A stretch of DNA of 63,856 bases, the filler included, from Stramenopiles sp. TOSAG23-6 (Eukaryota), in assembly GCA_900128565.1 (NCBI GenBank). It is 3 parts of 3 records of this genome, joined end to end, with 100 filler letters (N's around TTAATTAATTAA, not from the genome) between each part and the next. Parts side by side here need not be neighbours in the genome. Positions count along the whole stretch, not along the records: positions 43,591 to 63,856 come from LT636039.1; 2 more parts are not named here. One strand, 5' to 3'. Of this stretch, positions 44,598-58,835 are shown piece by piece. Position 1 is the first letter of the stretch. Each line of letters starts with the position of its first letter. The position numbers were made by a program, and so were the translations under genes. The notes under the pieces were generated by a model, which ran no database searches, was not told the origin of the DNA, and saw only the letters and a program-made list of their open reading frames with translations.

Positions 44598-45518
44598 ATG
44601 AAAATGAATGCAAATATACTCTTGTCAATGTATATAGTAGGATTATTTGTCTCAATAAAATCTATAAGCGTGAAAACTAATATTAGAAATACAAAACAAG
44701 TTATGTTGTATCAAAATGAGGATAATTCTGTAAACAGTATCCAACCTACTTATATTATACAGCTACAACAATGTAAGGATAATTCTGATTGGAAACCAGT
44801 GGGTTTTCGACATACTACACTCCAATATTGTTCACTTGGTTCTCTGGGATTAACGACGCTTTCTAATCTTGAACATGAACTGAAAATGCAGTGGCTATCT
44901 TGCGACGACAAATCTGTTATAGGTGACAATGACTTTAACACACAACTGAAGAACATTCAAGGCCAGTGTCCCAACTTGACTGACTTTCGCTTTCCAAAAG
45001 ACAAAATTAGTATATCCAATCGTTTCAAAAGTATTTGTAAAGAGCTACACAAAAAGGAAAAACTACGAAAAGCAAGAGTGTGTACTCTACATCTTGACGA
45101 AAACTTTAAAACAATTGACTTTTTGAACGATCCAGTTAACAACGTCAATAGAAAGAAAATAGTAAAGACTATTACCAATATTTGTGCTGATATGTCAATT
45201 GCGCCACTTCATGGATGTACTTGTGGAAATGTACAATGTAATCAGTATGAATTTTGTCATCTCCAAAAAGAAACTTGTTTTAAAATTCGCGAGGTTGAAA
45301 ATTTTTTTACTGATGAAAATGGCTGTAGAAAATTAACACACGTTTGGTGCGAGGTTAAACAGCGTTGCTTACGTCCATGGGTAGAATCATGCCCAATATC
45401 TAAAGTGCCCCACACATGGTGGTTCACAGTCAAGAAGTATATTTCTCAGGTATATAAAAAGATAAAAAAATCTTTTGTTGCCGTCTTTTCCAATGACAGT
45501 GTTTTTGATTTACGGTAG
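44598..45518 (+). CDS. Putative secreted cysteine-rich protein
   Basis: Hydrophobic N-terminus; Cys-rich; DENGC...WCEVKQRCLRPW motif. Confidence 0.6.
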   Translation: MKMNANILLSMYIVGLFVSIKSISVKTNIRNTKQVMLYQNEDNSVNSIQPTYIIQLQQCKDNSDWKPVGFRHTTLQYCSLGSLGLTTLSNLEHELKMQWLSCDDKSVIGDNDFNTQLKNIQGQCPNLTDFRFPKDKISISNRFKSICKELHKKEKLRKARVCTLHLDENFKTIDFLNDPVNNVNRKKIVKTITNICADMSIAPLHGCTCGNVQCNQYEFCHLQKETCFKIREVENFFTDENGCRKLTHVWCEVKQRCLRPWVESCPISKVPHTWWFTVKKYISQVYKKIKKSFVAVFSNDSVFDLR

Positions 45519-45929
45519 TGGTATGAAAAATTGAAAGAAAATTATTTATATATGATTATAGAAAATATAATAAAAATCTTGACATTTAAAATCAATATAG
45601 AGTCAATAAAAACAATTATTTGTTTCCTATTTCCAGTGATAAGGTTGATCAACCAACTATGGGCTGTATTTTCAAAACTGACACGGATTTATGTGTGATG
45701 TACCAAATTTGACATTTATTAACCCAAATGTGTTTGTAGTTTTGCTTTACTCCACTTTCAGAAGAAAACAGGATTGTAATGGTACACACAAGTATGTAGT
45801 TTATTTCATACATTATAGTAAACAGGAAAACAAGTACAAATGAAAAATTAGATTTTTATTGATTGGTGTACTATAGCTATAGTTAAGACTATGTATAGTA
45901 ATTAATTAGATTTGTTCGAATTTACGTTT

Positions 45930-47297
45930 CTAAATCTCAGAATCTGAAGAAGTGTAATATTCACTTTCAGAATCTATATAATTCTCATAACCTGGAGCTT
46001 TTACATCAATTAACCATTGTTGAAGATCCTCGTCAGTATATTCGTCACCATTAAATGCATACTCACATGTAGTTTCATCCCATGGGCAAGGTGGATTTTG
46101 ACTTCTTAACCATTGTAATGTTTTTAAATAACCATGTCTAGCTGCTTCACTACACGTTTCTTCATCCCAAGGACAAGGTGGATTTTGACTTCTTAACCAT
46201 TGTAATACTTCCATGGCACCACATCTAGCTGCATCTTCACATGCAGCTTTATCCCATGGACAAGGTGGATCTTGACTTCTTAGCCATTTTAATACATGTA
46301 ATTGAACCCCACCAGCTGCTCCAGAACATGTAAATTCACTCCACGGACAAGGTGGATTTTGACTTCGTACCCATTTTAATATGTCTAAGTGACCACGGAT
46401 AGCTGCCCACATACATGTAAATTTATCCCAAGGACAAGGTGGATTTTGACTTCTTAACCACTTCAATACTTCCAACTTACCATGATCAGCTGTTGCACGA
46501 CACATTCCTTTAATGAAAGGTGTATTTTGACTGATTAGCCACTTCAATACGTTTAAGTGACCATTTTTAACTGCTTTAGTAGACACTGAGCTATCCCAAG
46601 GACAAGGTGGATTTTGACTTCGTACCCATTTTAATACTTCCAAGTGACCATTTTCAGCTGCATTACCACAAACAGAACCGAAGTATCCAACAACAATAGA
46701 TCTACCAGTTTCTAATTCAATTCCTAACTCATCCCATGGACAAGGTGGATTTTGACTTCTTACCCATTTCAATACTTCTAAGTGACCATATTCAGCTGCT
46801 CCACGACATGTAAATCTATCCCATGGACAAGGTGGATTTTGACTTCTTGCCCATTTCAATACTTCCAAGTGACCATTTCGAGCTAGAGCACAACACGTTC
46901 CTCTATCCCAAGGACAAGGTGGATTTTGACTTCTTAGCCATTTCAATATTTTCAAGTGACCATTTTCAGCTGCATCACGACACGTTTTTTCATTCCACGG
47001 ACAAGGCGGTTTTCTACTTCTTAACCAATTTAAAAATTCAAAATCACCATGCCTCACTGTCTCTGTACATGTAGCTTCACCCCAATCCACACCAACCATC
47101 CAAGGTCTGGACTTATCATTTGACACAGCTCTCCCAGAAAGTCTCTCTTTAAGGTTTAGGTGGTTTACAATTAAAAGTGAAGGACCTATTCCCCCGAGGA
47201 CTTTTTGGAACAGTTCTCGAGTTCTCCTAAGTTTGTGGGTTCTCCTTTGTCTTTCTTGCTCTCGCTTTATTCGTTTCTGTGCAGTCATTAGCATCAT
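45930..47297 (-). CDS. Ankyrin-like 'CPW' repeat protein (about 11 repeats of 29 aa)
   Basis: Repeated AA..GHLEVLKW.RSQNPPCPWD, an 87-nt DNA repeat unit. Confidence 0.85.
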   Translation of the reverse strand: MMLMTAQKRIKREQERQRRTHKLRRTRELFQKVLGGIGPSLLIVNHLNLKERLSGRAVSNDKSRPWMVGVDWGEATCTETVRHGDFEFLNWLRSRKPPCPWNEKTCRDAAENGHLKILKWLRSQNPPCPWDRGTCCALARNGHLEVLKWARSQNPPCPWDRFTCRGAAEYGHLEVLKWVRSQNPPCPWDELGIELETGRSIVVGYFGSVCGNAAENGHLEVLKWVRSQNPPCPWDSSVSTKAVKNGHLNVLKWLISQNTPFIKGMCRATADHGKLEVLKWLRSQNPPCPWDKFTCMWAAIRGHLDILKWVRSQNPPCPWSEFTCSGAAGGVQLHVLKWLRSQDPPCPWDKAACEDAARCGAMEVLQWLRSQNPPCPWDEETCSEAARHGYLKTLQWLRSQNPPCPWDETTCEYAFNGDEYTDEDLQQWLIDVKAPGYENYIDSESEYYTSSDSEI

Positions 47298-47610
47298 TAG
47301 CCTGACTCTAGCTAGACTAGACTCTAGAGAGAGAGACACTATTATTCCTATATTTTTCACTCTAGCTAGGACCTATGTCTGACAGACACAGTTGACGTTT
47401 GACTTCACAGGACAGGCTGGTATCGGCCAAATTTGCTTTAAAACCCTAACCCTAGCTAGAACCGTTACTTGTCGTTAATTCTCTATGACCTTATTACTTT
47501 ATGTTCAATAGAAAAGTTCATACGTAATCCATGTTGGTATCACACTTTTAATGATTCATTATAAAAGAGATAATAATAATAATATAGCTTTGTATATTGA
47601 AAAGAGATAA

Positions 47611-49383
47611 ATGGCAACACCAAAAAGAAACAGTCCCAAAATAATTGCGACAGATACAACTAATGAAATAATCAACGATACAACGAATGAAATAAATGAT
47701 ACAACTAATGATACAACTAATGATACAACTACTTTACTACAGTCTACAGCGTTTGATTTCTTAAATAACGACACGTTGACTGATGACAAATTCCTATATA
47801 GCAATTTTGATAGAAAGGAAAAGAAAAGTAGTATAAGCCAACAACAACGCGAGAAATTCATAAAAGTGTTTTCGTCGAAATCGAAATCGGACAGCACTGT
47901 TGAAAAGTACAAATATCCAACACCACATGTACCACAAACATTTTTTGTTGCACTTTTGAAAGAGTGTGGTCTTGTTCAATGTACTAGAAAAAATATATCT
48001 AAATTTGTAAACATTTTGAGTGATAGACATGGCAATATTTCAATGAATGATTGTCTTCATTTAATTGAAAATGAAATGACAGTTGAAATGACTCATCGCC
48101 TTTTCTGTGAGGCAAACACGAATAAAACTAATGAACTTGTCAACTTCTTTCTTGATATTGACGAGCTGTATGGTCTATCTAACCGTGTAGGGGTGAAAAT
48201 TTCAAAGGATTCCATTATTGAAGAAGTTCAACAGTTAGATCGTGATTTTGATGGAAGAATCGATTGGGAAGAATTTCTAACAGTATCACAGAAAATTTTA
48301 GATTTCAGAATTTGTTTAGATGATTCTGATAAACAACAAAAAAAGAAGAATATACTAAATACATCAACACATGGATATGGTAGTACAAGAATGATAGTCA
48401 AGTCGCATTTGGAACAATTGCAAAAGACTTCAGTATACATATCCCATTTATTACACAAAATTAATAAGAAAAAAAAAATGATCCAAAAAAAAATCTCAAA
48501 TAAAAGGCTTGAAGATGTACGAAATACATTAAAGAAAAGTTGGACAGAAAAAGATGAATTAGAAACGTCTATTCTCACACTTGCAACTGCACATTTCGAA
48601 GAGCTTAAAGATTTGCTTATTCAATTTGATATAGAAAAATCGGAAGCAAGTAACCGATATATTGAAAAACAAAATATATATGAAAAAACTAGAGTATTAT
48701 CTGAACAGATTCGACAAAATTTCAAGAAATCTTTGTCACAACTCACTGAATTTTCAGAGATAAAGGCATCGATACATGAAATCCAGAGTATGCTCAAGGA
48801 TGCTATATTATCATTACAATTTGCAGAAAAATCGGGAGAAAAAGTTCAAACTTGCTGGAATTCTTGTTCAGCACAACACAAACCACCAAATATATCAAAG
48901 TCTACATCTTCCATAGATCTCTTGCGTATTCAAACCAACAATATTCATGAAATACGGAGCAAAATGAAAACTATGCAAGATGAGCGTGAAAAGTATGAGA
49001 ATAAAATACAAAATGCATTACATGAGAACAAGTTTAAGAGAATACAATGTGTTAATGTAAATATGCAAATTACAAAGGCAGAAACGACACTACTTGCAAT
49101 ACAGTCTAAAATTGAATCACTTAATATTGAAAATCGTATCTTATTGAAACAAGTTATGTTAAAAGAAAAAGACACTGACGGACCTGAAGTAAAACAAATG
49201 TTATCAATTATTGAAGAGTTTAAAAACGAACGTGAAACACTAAAAATAGGAATTCAAGCAGTGCAACAAAAAATCAAAAGTGTGGACCAAGATTTAGTTC
49301 ATGCGACAAACAAAAGCAGAACATTAGAAATTCAGTTGGGTGAAGTAAAACTTGGTATTGAACAAATTCAGCAGATTGAATAG
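47611..49383 (+). CDS. EF-hand plus coiled-coil protein
   Basis: LDRDFDGRIDWEEF EF-hand and a long heptad-rich C-terminus. Confidence 0.75.
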   Translation: MATPKRNSPKIIATDTTNEIINDTTNEINDTTNDTTNDTTTLLQSTAFDFLNNDTLTDDKFLYSNFDRKEKKSSISQQQREKFIKVFSSKSKSDSTVEKYKYPTPHVPQTFFVALLKECGLVQCTRKNISKFVNILSDRHGNISMNDCLHLIENEMTVEMTHRLFCEANTNKTNELVNFFLDIDELYGLSNRVGVKISKDSIIEEVQQLDRDFDGRIDWEEFLTVSQKILDFRICLDDSDKQQKKKNILNTSTHGYGSTRMIVKSHLEQLQKTSVYISHLLHKINKKKKMIQKKISNKRLEDVRNTLKKSWTEKDELETSILTLATAHFEELKDLLIQFDIEKSEASNRYIEKQNIYEKTRVLSEQIRQNFKKSLSQLTEFSEIKASIHEIQSMLKDAILSLQFAEKSGEKVQTCWNSCSAQHKPPNISKSTSSIDLLRIQTNNIHEIRSKMKTMQDEREKYENKIQNALHENKFKRIQCVNVNMQITKAETTLLAIQSKIESLNIENRILLKQVMLKEKDTDGPEVKQMLSIIEEFKNERETLKIGIQAVQQKIKSVDQDLVHATNKSRTLEIQLGEVKLGIEQIQQIE

Positions 49384-49628
49384 ATTAAAAAGAGGTTGAA
49401 GCCAAAATAAAATGAAAAAGTAAATTATATAATTCAGATTTTTTTTATACAAAAATTAAACATTAAAAACACCCCAAGTGAATTGCCAATTGTGTAAAAG
49501 CACAAACATTCTAACACTCATTGACATTCCAAAAACAAAAACTTTATATTTTACATTTTCTCACAACTCAATAATAGACCTTACAATAGTACTCATGAAA
49601 GGAAATATCATACTACATCTTGGACATC

Positions 49629-50758
49629 TCACAACTCAATAATAGACCTGACAGGAGTTCCATTAAATGAAATATCATAAATCTTGGAAAATAGGGGAAA
49701 TTCATGAGTTGATTTAGTACGCTTCAACACTTCGTATACTTCTTTCGCAGTAAGAGTGCCTTGGAGTTTTTGCCCATTCAACAACTCTCTCTCAATATCT
49801 TCCCAACATTTTTTACCATTCGATGCCGCAAATGCTTCGGCACATTTTCTATTCCGACCACCATAACATGTAGTTATTAGATCAGCTACACCACAACTTT
49901 CAAAAAATGTACTATCAGAGACTCCACTGTAAAATTTCTGAGCAAATTTTTTCATTTCCAATAATCCAATTCTCATGTATTTTTGTAAAATATGTTTTTT
50001 TTTAGTAAAAAAAAATTGTTAGGTACAAAATATCGTACGAAAAAAGAAATAAAATTTATGATGGAAACGTACATAATTGCGGCTTTCGTATTTCCACCCA
50101 ACTTTAAGCCGTCAATAAAACCTGCACCAATTGCAACAATGTTTTTCAAAGCGCCACAAAGCTCCACTCCAGCAACATCATTCGTTAAATCAACGCGGAA
50201 GTAATCTGTATGGAAAAGAGCTTTGAAGATTTCTCCATTTTGAGGAATCGAACTCCCAATTGTTGTTTCACAGAATTGTTCTTTTGCAACTTCTTTAGCA
50301 ACATTTGCACCCATTAGTACACTAACATTTATATCAAGTCCTTTGCGGATTAAATCGGATATCAGAACAAGGCCTTTATCATCAAAATCAATTCCTTTGA
50401 TTAGAGAAATTGCTTTAGCGTCAGCCTTCATATGTTCTTTAATTGTAGGGATGAGTCGAGGTATAAACTGATGAGGAACCACAAATATCAAAATTGAGCA
50501 ATCACGCACAGCCTCACCAAGATCTGTTACAGCGACAACATTTGAAGGAAGTTTCACTCCTGGTAAATACTTTACATTTTCATGAGTGGTGTTGATAATT
50601 TCGGAAAGATTCTCACCGTTGACTTTTTCCTCATAAACGTACATTTTCACTGTTTCATCAAACGTTGGTAATTGCTTAGCATTCTTGCCAACTATTCGAG
50701 CTATTGCAGATCCCCAATTGCCAGAACCGACAATGCAAATTTTCTCTGGTGTGCTCAT
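49629..50758 (-). CDS. GPD1: NAD-dependent glycerol-3-phosphate dehydrogenase; exons 50758-50073 and 49974-49629
   Basis: IVGSGNWGSAIA, GALKNIVA, spliced TKAAIMRIGLLEM and ESCGVADLITTCYGGRN. Confidence 0.95.
49975..50072 (-). other. Family intron (GT..AT) in GPD1
   Basis: Minus strand: AT|GTACGTTTCCATCAT...TTTCGTACGATATTTTGTACCTAAC...AAAAATACAT|G AGA. Confidence 0.9.
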
Positions 50759-50906
50759 TTTTACTTTAGCTTCCAAGGTTGAAGGACAAGGATACTACCG
50801 GTTGTAGTAGTAGAGCACATGCTCGGCATCGTCCAAAACAACAAAAAGATCGAACAGGTCAGGTCAATTTTTGACACGTGTTTTTTAAATCGATTTTTTT
50901 TTCACA

Positions 50907-51989
50907 ATGTCATATAAATTGCTGGCACCACTAAAATTACTTACATCTTTCAAGACACAAAAGATTTCTCCAATGCTTGATTCTCTTAATAAAGCAGCAA
51001 CTGCTTTTTTTTCGCTCTCTGTAGTGTCCATTGCGTATCGTTCTCTTAGACGTCTTAGTTTTATTCGAATTCAGCGTTTAGTTTATGGTAGTGAGTCAAC
51101 TGAACAATATGTTAGAATACATCGACCTTTGATTCGCTCGTCTAAGCCAGTTCCTATAATTATTATCATTCATGGTGGATTTTGGAAGAAAAAGTGGACA
51201 GTTTTTAATGCGGCACATGAAACGTTAGCTCCTGATATTGTAGCTGCTGGTTGTATTGCCGTAGAATTGGAATACCGTCGAAGAGAACACCCTGGTGGAG
51301 GTTTTCCAGGTAGCATGGAAGACGTTTTCTGTGGTTATACTAAAAGTATTGAAAGCTTGGTCTCCACTGACAATGTTGACTTGTCCAAGATTGTTATCAT
51401 TGGGCATTCCGCTGGAGGACAGCTTGCTTTATGGCTCGCAAAACAATGCTCCATACTCAACAAATCGAGGAAAAAAATTTCGAGTCACTCATTATCACGG
51501 CTATTATCAGCATGTAACAATATAAAAACTCCACTTCCTTGTCTAGTTGTAGGTATTGCTCCCTGTGCAGATATGATTGAAGGTGTGCGACGCCAGCTAA
51601 GCGATGAAGGTGATGCATGTCAACTATTTATGAAATGTCTCCCAGAAGGAAAAGAAAATATTGAAAAATACTATCAAGCATCACCACGGCACTTGCTACC
51701 TCTGGGCGTTCCTCAACTAATTGTCAGTGGCAGCGTTGACGTAGACGTACCTGCAGATTATATCGCAAAATACGTAAAAAAAGCAAGAGACATTTTAAAT
51801 GCTATTACATTTCGTGAACATTCTTCTACTGATATACAACCACATGATACCATCAAGTTATTAGAAAATAAGGGTGCTGATCATTATGATTTGACAAGTG
51901 CCAAGCACCCAGCGTGGTTACAAACAAAAAATGAAATCTTCAAGCGAATTCAATTTTCCCCGAAAGATTCGTTGGATTCGGTGTTGTAG
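50907..51989 (+). CDS. Alpha/beta hydrolase (HSL-like esterase)
   Basis: IHGGFW, GHSAGG nucleophile elbow, D-V-P and H (GADHYD) motifs. Confidence 0.85.
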   Translation: MSYKLLAPLKLLTSFKTQKISPMLDSLNKAATAFFSLSVVSIAYRSLRRLSFIRIQRLVYGSESTEQYVRIHRPLIRSSKPVPIIIIIHGGFWKKKWTVFNAAHETLAPDIVAAGCIAVELEYRRREHPGGGFPGSMEDVFCGYTKSIESLVSTDNVDLSKIVIIGHSAGGQLALWLAKQCSILNKSRKKISSHSLSRLLSACNNIKTPLPCLVVGIAPCADMIEGVRRQLSDEGDACQLFMKCLPEGKENIEKYYQASPRHLLPLGVPQLIVSGSVDVDVPADYIAKYVKKARDILNAITFREHSSTDIQPHDTIKLLENKGADHYDLTSAKHPAWLQTKNEIFKRIQFSPKDSLDSVL

Positions 51990-52141
51990 TAGAGACATTG
52001 ACATTGAAATCGAGAGTGTAGTATCTAAATTATCAGGTTAAAAATTAAAAATTATCAAAAAGAGTTAAAAAAATATTCATAAATTATCTAAATTATCAGG
52101 TATAAAAATTAATTTTGTGCACAACGATTGTGTTCAAATAT

Positions 52142-52955
52142 CTACAAAACTCGGAGATTCAATACTTCAACTGCTCCAAAGTAGAAAGCTTTGATCTCAG
52201 CATGTCCAATTCCGTCAACTTCAAAACTCCATTCCCATTTTTTTCGTCCATCTTTCAGTTCTTTCATTGAAATATTATCGCCACCATCATCGTTTTCATC
52301 TCTCTCGAGGATTGAGATGTTGGATCTGAGTTCCGATAACTTTTTTTTAGCAGCTGCATTGGCCTTGTAAAGAGTGCTGTATGCTACGTCAGAAAAATAT
52401 TGTGTGAAATATGTAAAAAATAAATAAAGAGTAAATAGTTATGATTTCATAAGAGTTTCTTTGGGGTTGTAGCAGTGAAACAACTAAAAAATACAAACCT
52501 TCAATATTAGCTGAGTCCGCCTCCACGTCGTATTGATCTTTGTGTATTTTTCCAGGGTAGTCGTTGGTTCCGTATTCTATGACCTCACCTCGATGGTGCC
52601 ACTTGATTATATACACTGATTTGTTAGATTCCATCTTTTGTTTTTTATTTTGGTCAGTCTTTGACGAAGTAACAGCCTTGCGTTTCGTCGTTTTAGTTTG
52701 AGAAGATCGTTTTTCTTCCACTAAAGATGATTCAGCTATTTTCGTTACTGTTGAAGAGTCGGTTTCGTCATCAAACAATCCAGTTCGAGGCCTAATTCTT
52801 GTTCGCATTTCTTTCTTATACAGCTGTTCCTCACTTCCATCGACCAAATATGAAACTAATGGAACACTTCGATAGTTCTTTTTTACAACTGCAGCATACC
52901 ACTTTCCCTCATAGAGAACTTCCACCTTTGCACCTTTACGATATACTTTGGTCAT
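52142..52955 (-). CDS. Tudor/Agenet-like N-terminal domain protein; exons 52955-52499 and 52383-52142
   Basis: KGAKVEVLYEGKWYAAVV...VSYLVDGSEEQL. A second exon (YSTLYKANAAAKKK...LRVL*) joins in frame through a GT-AG intron. Confidence 0.6.
52384..52498 (-). other. Canonical GT-AG intron, not a family member
   Basis: Minus strand: AAG|GTTTGT...CTGACGTAG|CA; lacks the palindrome, TACCTAAC and AATACA. Confidence 0.6.
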
Positions 52956-53307
52956 GTTGCCGAAATTATAGAGAAATTATAGATGTAATACCTTGTAATA
53001 CGAACGAAGTAGTACAAAATGAGCACAAAATGGCAAATACACTACTACACACAGTACACAGACAATTATTGTCGAGAAAAAATCATTCGTGTCTTCGAAC
53101 GACTTCGACTTCGACTTCATTTTTTTCGTACGAAAATTCGTATATAAAAAAAATCAATTCAAATTGATGCCACAACTTGATGTTTTTGACGTTTTGACCA
53201 ATAATTGATCGTTCGAGCTTCAAACTCTCTCTCTCTCTCTCTCTCGTACTCTCGAGTACCTAGCTAAAAGGACTTTTTCTCTTTGATTGGCTGAAAAACA
53301 CTTCATC

Positions 53308-56258
<2,951 letters not shown>

Positions 56259-56528
56259 AATGAAAAAGCTGATTCAACCAAATTCGAGCTTCTGTTATAA
56301 GATCTTTTTATAAAGTGATATTCAATGGATATGTATTGGGTGTGGGATATTTTATTCAATTGTGACACTCATAAAAAATGTCTTTATATTCAATTTTGCC
56401 AACAACACGAAATCCATCTTTTTTCTTTTTTAGCGGTCAATTTCGTCGAATTCTTTGTTGTTGTTATGACTTCCTACAAAAACACACATTCGTGTAAGAC
56501 GAGTACTAATAATTTATATTAGCTCCCA

Positions 56529-58550
56529 ATGCTCTCTCGCTTTGTTCAAATATCTAAGAATTTTCGGCAGGGTGTGCGACAATGTTCTTCTTCTTGCAAA
56601 GGTACATGGTCAACAATAAATGCCTTGCAAATTTCGGAGCTTGCGTCATTTAAAAGTGCTTCCCACGTGTTTGTTGATGAAGACAACTGTAATGAACTCC
56701 CAAGTTCAGCGACTCGTGTTTCATATCTGAATAAGCTTACGGGTGATGATGCTACGACTGTTCTTGAAAATGCAGATTGTACTGTCACCTATATTTTTCA
56801 GGACGATAAGGGTATACTTGTTGACAAATATGGCGTCTGTGTTGAGGCTGTCGAAGATATTTTTGCTAAAGGTGGAAATACGACATATTTGCATTATTCA
56901 AAGTTGGAAACCAATCCAAAACGTCGTCTTTTTGTTCTTGTGGGGGAATCTGCAAAAGCTGATGCGCCCGCACTCCGTAGTGCGACAAATGCTGCCATAT
57001 CATGTCTTCGGAAGATTGCATCTGTCGAAAATATTATCATGGAACTCCCTAATTTAGATCGTTTGCCAATGTTACACAAGGCTGCTGCTGCTGGTTCAGC
57101 TGGAAATGAAAATGTCGCATTTGACGGTGATGTGGTGAGTTTAATTACTCGAAGTGCGTGTCTATCTAATTATTCATTTTCGCGTTTTAAAAATGAATCA
57201 ACAGAGCCTTTGTTGAAAAACATTGTATTTGCTAGTCAAGCACCTTCGTCTACTATAAGTTCAACTGACCCAAGTACAAGTGAAATTCCACCAGATTCTC
57301 CTCCATCTGTGGAAGATGTTGCAAAAGTACATATGTCTATTTTAGCACCTGCACGTGTAGAAGTTAGTACCGTGCTGGCAGATGCGACAATTTTTGCTCG
57401 TGATTTAGGTAATTTAAGAGCAGATATTGCCAATCCTGCGTTTATTGAAAGTCTTGCTAGACAAGTTGGAGAAACTCATGGTGATAACTTGAGTGTAAAA
57501 GTCTTACAACAACCACAACTTCATGAGTTAGGAATGAATCTTCTTGCTGCTGTTGGACAAGGTGCTGCTGGTGGTCCTGGATGTGGTCGAGATAGCTCAG
57601 CGCCGCGTTTAATTACATTGGAATATTTCGGTGATCCTGAAAATACTACGAATGATTTCGCTTTAGTAGGTAAAGGTGTCACATTTGACACTGGAGGACT
57701 GAACTTAAAACCGACGGGTTCAATTGAGGGAATGCATTTAGATATGTGTGGTGCTGCATCTGTACTTGCTGCAATTGATGCAATTGCAAAGCTAAAAGTA
57801 CCTCGTAATGTTATCGCAGTTTTAGCTGTTGCTGAGAATGCTATTGATGCAGCAAGCTTTTACCCAATGCAAATTGTGAAAGGGTTAGACGGACGCTCAG
57901 TTGAAGTTGGAAATACAGACGCAGAAGGGAGACTTTGTCTTGCTGATGCATGTTCGTTATTCTCTTACATTTCATTTTTTTGTTTTGTAAAAACACGTTT
58001 GTATCTAACATTTTTTTTTTAAACAAAACAAAAACAAAAATAATATATTTTTCACAATACAGTAACATATACTCAGAGAGAGTATAATCCAAAACGAATC
58101 ATTGATATGGCTACTTTAACAGGTGCGTGTGTGGTAGCATTAGGTGAATATGCAGCTGGGTTGTTTACAAATGATAATGTAACACACAATGGTGTTGAAC
58201 CTAAATTTGGTAAGAATAGTGATATGACAACTGACCTTACAATTGCAGGTTCTCGTATATTTGAGAGAGTTCATAAATTACCTATATTACCAGAGCATAG
58301 AGATGAAATTTTAGAAAAAGGAGAAGCCAACCACGCTGACTTGAAAAGTATTGGAGATGGTCGCCCATATGGTGGTTCATGTACCGCAGCAGCATATCTA
58401 GAATCTTATATTGATGATGGGAGACAGTGGGCGCATATTGATATAGCAGGACCAGCAATGTATAGCAAGGCACGTGGTGAGATGCCTGCTGGAGCTACTG
58501 GCTTTGGTGCTGCCCTTCTTGTTAGAACTATTCTGGGACATAAAGCATAA
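56529..58550 (+). CDS. M17 leucyl aminopeptidase, probably mitochondrion-targeted; exons 56529-57951 and 58063-58550
   Basis: VGKGVTFDTGGLNLK, DMCGAA, NTDAEGRLCLADAL and IDMATLTGA; presequence-like N-terminus. Confidence 0.93.
57952..58062 (+). other. Family intron ending in canonical AG (GT..AG)
   Basis: GCA T|GTTCGTT...TTTGTATCTAAC...CACAATACAG|TA ACA gives ADALTY. Confidence 0.88.
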
Positions 58551-58835
58551 TGTTTTTTTTAATAGAAAAATAAAATTTATTGAATAAAAAAAAATCTTAA
58601 ATGGGTGTGTAAATGGGTGACAATTTTTCAAATATAAAATTTGTAAAAATTTTAAATTAGAAAAGAGAAATTAGTGGAACAAAACTGTTTTCACCATCAC
58701 ACGTCTGTTATATTACGGCGCATCTCTGCGCAATACGTAGTTCCTGCGCGAGGCGGCGTCTTTTGGTAAATACCTTTATTATAACCCGTACGATAACGCA
58801 ATCTAATACTATACAGGAATAACAGTGAATCAAAG

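Noticed and set aside
46060-47030. Regular 87-nt repeats resembling a CRISPR array
   Set aside because: They are in-frame coding repeats of an ankyrin-like protein in a eukaryote, with no cas genes and no unique spacers.
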